Source: a virus
Lineage: Duplodnaviria; Caudoviricetes
Virus record (IMG/VR): IMGVR_UViG_3300017786_002712
Coordinates: 1-28,649 of that record
Strand: one strand, 5' to 3'
DNA length: 28,649 nucleotides
Made by a program: the position numbers and the translations under genes
The notes under the pieces: generated by a model
Told to the model about the DNA's origin: nothing
What the model saw: only the letters and a program-made list of their open reading frames with translations
Databases searched by the model: none
Shown here: positions 24,616-28,649 of the stretch, in pieces
Numbering within the stretch: position 1 is the stretch's first letter
Layout of the letters: every line of letters starts with the position of its first letter

Positions 24616-26751
24616 ATGGCATTAGCAATTCTAGTTTTAATTACCGCTTTATGTATTTCAGCGGTAGCAATATATTATTCCGTAGCAGGATTGGTGGCAA
24701 TCTTTGCGGCGGCGGCAGTTCCCATTATGATTATGGGAGGCATACTTGAAATAGGTAAATTAGTTACCGCAGTATGGCTCCATAAGTATTGGAAACAAGC
24801 CACTTGGTGGCTTAAAAGTTATCTAAGTGTAGCAGTAATAGTTCTTATGTTTATTACAAGCATGGGTATCTTTGGGTTCTTATCAAAAGCACATATTGAA
24901 CAGACAAGTGCCGGCGAAGAAAGTGTAGCACAAGTACAACAAATTGTAAGTGAAGTCGGTAGACTTGAAGCAATCATTAAACGTGCTGACGATAAAATTA
25001 AAACATTAGAAACTAGTGGCACAGGTGCTGATGCTAATATACAATCACAGATTGATAAAGAACAAGATCGAATAGACAAAGCGTTTGATCGTATCAAACC
25101 TGCTATTGAACAACAGAACAAAATTATTACAGATGCTAGAGCAACTGATACAAGTCGTACTAAACCTTATGAAGATCAGTTAACAAGTATACAAGCAGAG
25201 ATACTACGTTTAGAAACTAGTGCCAAAGAATATGAAACTAAGATTGAAAACCTAGACACTGACAACAGTGGTGTTGAACCTTTACTAGCACAAATAGCCG
25301 CACTAGAAGAAGAAATTATTCGTGTAACTAATCAATTACAATCAACCGAAAAGGGTGAGATACGTGCCGGACAAGCAATCATTGGTGTATCAAGTGACGG
25401 GCTATTTGGTGGCAACACTAGAACTGCTCTCGCTAAATGGGTACAAGGGCAACGTGATAGAATCACACAAATACAAGGCGAAGTAGCAACAGTACGTAAC
25501 GATGCAACTAAAACAGTTAAAATGGAACGTTTCCGTTTAGCAGGTGTTGTTAAAGATATCCGTGAAGTACAGATACCAGCACTTAAAGATCGTGAACTTG
25601 TAATGTTAGGTAAGATTGACGAAGTACGTCAAACAGAATCACCTGTTATACAAACAGCAAGAGATGAAATACAAAGACTACGTAAGAGTGCTGAAGACTC
25701 AGTAGTTAACAGTCAAACACTAATTGAACGTCTACGTGGACAACTAGCACAAACAGATAAAGCAGATGAAATTGATGCGGCTGTTGATGAACAACTATTA
25801 AGAATTAAAGTGGCTGAAGCAGAAATAGATGTTCTTACAGAAAAGAAATATAAACTAGAAGGCGAGTATCGTATGCTTGAGGCTGAAGTAGGCCCAATTA
25901 AATACATTGCTGAGTTTGTATACGGAGAAGCCGCAGACAACACAATGCTTGAAGAAGCAGTACGTTGGGTAATTATGATTATTATCTTTGTGTTCGATCC
26001 GTTAGCAGTATTACTATTAATAGCATCACAATATACCTTTGAGTGGAGAAGAAAACTTAAAGATGACGACGGTGAGCGTCTTCGGCTCCAGCGTGACTAC
26101 GAGCAAGCAAGAGCACAAAAAATAGTTGACAACATTCCTCCTAATAATGACCCTGTGGCGCCGGCTGAAGAAACAGAATACCAAGACGTTGACCAAGCAA
26201 CACTTGACAAAGAGTTTGATGATGATAAAACTTTTGAAAACGAAGTTGTTAAAGTTGCTGAAGAGATAATGGAAGAAGATAAAGATATCCTAGAAAAATT
26301 AGATGACAGGCTTAATGATACTACTAAAGAATGGCAAGAGCTTTACGAAGAAGCAGAGCCTAAAAAAAAAGAACAAGAATCATCGGAAGAGTTAAAAGAA
26401 GAACCGACTGATATCGAACAGTGGAATAAATGGGTTGCGGCCGCTGAAGAAGAAGTAACTAAAGAACAAGCAGTAATGTTTGGCAAAGACAATCTAAAAA
26501 GTATAGAAATTAAAGACAGAGCTTCTCTTGTTGCCAAATATGAAAACGACACTGAATGGACAACAGCCAAACGTAAATGGAAAGATGATAATCCGGATCA
26601 AAATATAAAGGACTGGAAACAAGCATACGTATCAGGTAGGATACACGAACTACCTTGGGCACCTAAAAATGAACAAGAAGGTTATGTACAAAATGCAGAA
26701 CAAAGTGAAAGTTCAGTTTGGAATAAACTTAAAGACGACAACAATAAGTAA
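24616..26751 (+). CDS. Membrane-anchored long coiled-coil protein with an embedded peptidoglycan-binding-like motif and acidic tail
   Basis: GATAAATA late promoter at 24592; three N-terminal TM helices; heptad-rich middle; QAIIGVSSDGLFGGNTRTAL; fourth TM VIMIIIFVFDPLAVLLLIA. Confidence 0.8.
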   Translation: MALAILVLITALCISAVAIYYSVAGLVAIFAAAAVPIMIMGGILEIGKLVTAVWLHKYWKQATWWLKSYLSVAVIVLMFITSMGIFGFLSKAHIEQTSAGEESVAQVQQIVSEVGRLEAIIKRADDKIKTLETSGTGADANIQSQIDKEQDRIDKAFDRIKPAIEQQNKIITDARATDTSRTKPYEDQLTSIQAEILRLETSAKEYETKIENLDTDNSGVEPLLAQIAALEEEIIRVTNQLQSTEKGEIRAGQAIIGVSSDGLFGGNTRTALAKWVQGQRDRITQIQGEVATVRNDATKTVKMERFRLAGVVKDIREVQIPALKDRELVMLGKIDEVRQTESPVIQTARDEIQRLRKSAEDSVVNSQTLIERLRGQLAQTDKADEIDAAVDEQLLRIKVAEAEIDVLTEKKYKLEGEYRMLEAEVGPIKYIAEFVYGEAADNTMLEEAVRWVIMIIIFVFDPLAVLLLIASQYTFEWRRKLKDDDGERLRLQRDYEQARAQKIVDNIPPNNDPVAPAEETEYQDVDQATLDKEFDDDKTFENEVVKVAEEIMEEDKDILEKLDDRLNDTTKEWQELYEEAEPKKKEQESSEELKEEPTDIEQWNKWVAAAEEEVTKEQAVMFGKDNLKSIEIKDRASLVAKYENDTEWTTAKRKWKDDNPDQNIKDWKQAYVSGRIHELPWAPKNEQEGYVQNAEQSESSVWNKLKDDNNK

Positions 26752-26756
26752 TTACG

Positions 26757-27140
26757 ATGTCTAAAGCAATTATAAATCTTATCACTTCACCTGACAAACT
26801 ATTCAACGATTCAGCAAGTTTACTTCTAGTACATCCTAGCGATGCGCTTAAAGAAAGTTTCAACAATAGTGCGTTAAAACTAGAATGTCCACTCAACTTA
26901 TATCTACACGATACAGAAGATTTGGATTGGTTACTCGATGTTGCTGAGAGTGTTGATTATATTATTTTGGACATAGATAATATCAAAGAAAACCACTGGA
27001 TTATTGGATTTTTGTTAGCAAAAAGGAAAACTTTTTACTTGACAAACGCTACCAATGTAGTGTATAATGTAGTTAACGTTAATAAGATATACGAAATTAA
27101 TCAATTTATGGAAGGAGTAAATTACTTTGTATCAAAATAA
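26757..27140 (+). CDS. Hypothetical phage protein, 127 aa
   Basis: Intact ORF after AATAAGTA. Confidence 0.75.
   Translation: MSKAIINLITSPDKLFNDSASLLLVHPSDALKESFNNSALKLECPLNLYLHDTEDLDWLLDVAESVDYIILDIDNIKENHWIIGFLLAKRKTFYLTNATNVVYNVVNVNKIYEINQFMEGVNYFVSK
27039..27068 (+). promoter_or_regulatory. Sigma70 consensus promoter inside the upstream ORF, facing rpsU
   Basis: TTGACA-18 bp-TATAAT. Confidence 0.7.
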
Positions 27141-27405
27141 TAGAAATAGAAATAACAGAGGCTTTAAGCCTAAATCAGACATGAGTTCCAAAAGCGGTCT
27201 TTACGTTGAAGTAAGGAACGATGATGTGAACAAAGCTCTTAGAATTTTCAAAAAGAAAGTTCAAGAAGACGGTATTCTACAGGAATACAAAGAACGTCAA
27301 CAATACACTAAGCCCAGTGAAAAACGTAGAAAAGCAAAAGCGGCAGGACGTAAGCGTTGGCTTAAACTTGCTGAAAAGAAAAATTTAGATCAACGGTCGT
27401 ACTAA
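27127..27405 (+). CDS. rpsU: Ribosomal protein bS21 with N-terminal extension
   Basis: VEVRNDDVNKALRIFKKKV..DGI..E.K.RQ.Y.KPSEKRR; AAGGAG RBS before the TTG start. Confidence 0.93.
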   Translation: MYQNNRNRNNRGFKPKSDMSSKSGLYVEVRNDDVNKALRIFKKKVQEDGILQEYKERQQYTKPSEKRRKAKAAGRKRWLKLAEKKNLDQRSY

Positions 27406-27406
27406 A

Positions 27407-27991
27407 ATGGCTCTAACAGCAGAACAATGGTTTCCTAGCGTCATTTGGTCAGGCATGCTATCAGGTGTAGACAACGATGCTATAACAACATTTTCTTATG
27501 ATAGGAAAGAAGTTGACGAAGGTGTAACAATTTCTAATTATAGAGGATGGCAAAGTAATAGCATCAAGCAATTAGATTGCGAAGAATTTGATAACTTCAT
27601 TAGTGTACTAGACCAAGAAATACAGTCGTGTGCTGTTCAATCCGGATTGCCAGACTTACAAATACAAAATGTTTGGATTAATATTAATCAACCTGGCGCT
27701 TATAATCATTTACATAATCATGCTGGTAGTATACTAAGTGGTGTATATTATGTAAAGAGTGAACCTGAACAAGGTAATATATTTTTCGAACGTGGTGATA
27801 ATGCCGAATATTTCCTTCCACCACTTAAAGAACCAAATTATTTTACAAGTACGGCAACAACTTATAAAGCAATGACAAGTGCTGTTTATATCTTTCCAGG
27901 ATGGTTAAAGCACAGTGTACAACCTAATTTAACCAACGAAGATAGAATTAGTATTTCATTTAACTACGGGATTAAACCAAATGCGAATTGA
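27407..27991 (+). CDS. 2OG-Fe(II) oxygenase, TIGR02466-like
   Basis: [38 protein letters not shown]. Confidence 0.88.
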   Translation: MALTAEQWFPSVIWSGMLSGVDNDAITTFSYDRKEVDEGVTISNYRGWQSNSIKQLDCEEFDNFISVLDQEIQSCAVQSGLPDLQIQNVWININQPGAYNHLHNHAGSILSGVYYVKSEPEQGNIFFERGDNAEYFLPPLKEPNYFTSTATTYKAMTSAVYIFPGWLKHSVQPNLTNEDRISISFNYGIKPNAN

Positions 27992-28649
27992 AGAAGATAC
28001 AAAGTTGGACTATAAAGATGTTCTTATCCGTCCAAAGCGTAGCACACTAGGTAGTCGAAAAGAAGTTGACTTAGAACGTGGATTTACTTTTCGCAACTAT
28101 AAACCATACGTAGCAACTGATGTATTACCAGATGGATATCCAGTAGTACAAGAACAATACAGACACTATCGTGGTACTCCAATTATGGCCGCAAACATGG
28201 ACGGTGTTGGTACATTTGAAATGGCAGACACACTTGCTACTGGAGGTATCTTTACTTGTCTTGTTAAAACTTATAGTATTAACGAACTTGTAGGTTATTT
28301 TGATCAAGATGACAGATCACACGATCCAGCAAGGACAGAATTTGTTGCTATGAGCATTGGCATTACAGATAGAGATCATGCTAAATTTAGAGATGTATAC
28401 GAACAAACAGGTAGTAGACTAAAGTATGTTTGTATCGATGTAGCAAATGGATATTCAGAAAGATTCGCTACATTTGTACGTGGCTTTAGACAGAACTATC
28501 CTAATGTTGTAATTATAGCAGGTAACGTGGTTACCGGAGAGATGACAGAGGAGTTGATTCTTGCAGGAGCAGATATTGTTAAAGTTGGTATTGGGCCTGG
28601 TAGCGTTTGTACTACTAGGATACAGACTGGTGTTGGATATCCACAATTA
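27981..28649 (+). CDS. guaC: GMP reductase, 3' truncated by window (absent from the ORF track)
   Basis: [71 protein letters not shown]...GVGYPQL. Confidence 0.96.
   Translation, partial: MRIEEDTKLDYKDVLIRPKRSTLGSRKEVDLERGFTFRNYKPYVATDVLPDGYPVVQEQYRHYRGTPIMAANMDGVGTFEMADTLATGGIFTCLVKTYSINELVGYFDQDDRSHDPARTEFVAMSIGITDRDHAKFRDVYEQTGSRLKYVCIDVANGYSERFATFVRGFRQNYPNVVIIAGNVVTGEMTEELILAGADIVKVGIGPGSVCTTRIQTGVGYPQL

Noticed and set aside
26362-26371. Second A9G run inside the 711-aa membrane protein
   Set aside because: The reading frame continues through it (PKKKE) and both shifted frames stop within about 15 codons, so there is no evidence of a functional frameshift product
826-28646. Numerous short antisense or alternate-frame ORFs in the track
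   Set aside because: They lie within well-supported genes and look like shadow ORFs produced by codon bias
1-28649. Stop-codon reassignment as seen in some large phages
   Set aside because: Conserved genes are full length in code 11, and TAG (nrdA) and TGA (nrdB, hemC) act as true stops

Overview
A 28.6-kb, AT-rich, densely coding segment of a large T4-like (myovirus-type) phage genome in standard genetic code 11, almost all on the + strand. The host is probably an alphaproteobacterium, inferred from the two-piece tmRNA, the porin and a 17-kDa-antigen-like lipoprotein. Left part (about 1.2-10.1 kb): a late-expressed block of putative internal head proteins behind TAAATA late promoters, with shared N-terminal motifs and (I/L/V)-x-E protease sites. 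It includes a Pol-beta-NTase/RNA-ligase-like polyprotein, two protamine-like paralogues, two 11-mer-repeat proteins and a gene ending in a probable -1 frameshift site (A9G) that opens a start-less downstream frame. Middle: 2OG-Fe(II) oxygenase, hemC, PD-(D/E)XK exonuclease, beta-helix tail protein, nrdAB and glutaredoxin. Next, an RNA/translation cluster: Sm-like protein, Hc1-like protein, cold-shock protein and a circularly permuted tmRNA encoding an unusually long 30-aa tag. Right part: porin, thermonuclease, HTH protein, SleB-type hydrolase, three tandem lipoproteins, a membrane coiled-coil protein, ribosomal protein bS21, a second oxygenase and guaC. prs (left edge) and guaC (right edge) are cut by the window. 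Family assignments come from recognising motifs by eye; no database searches were run.
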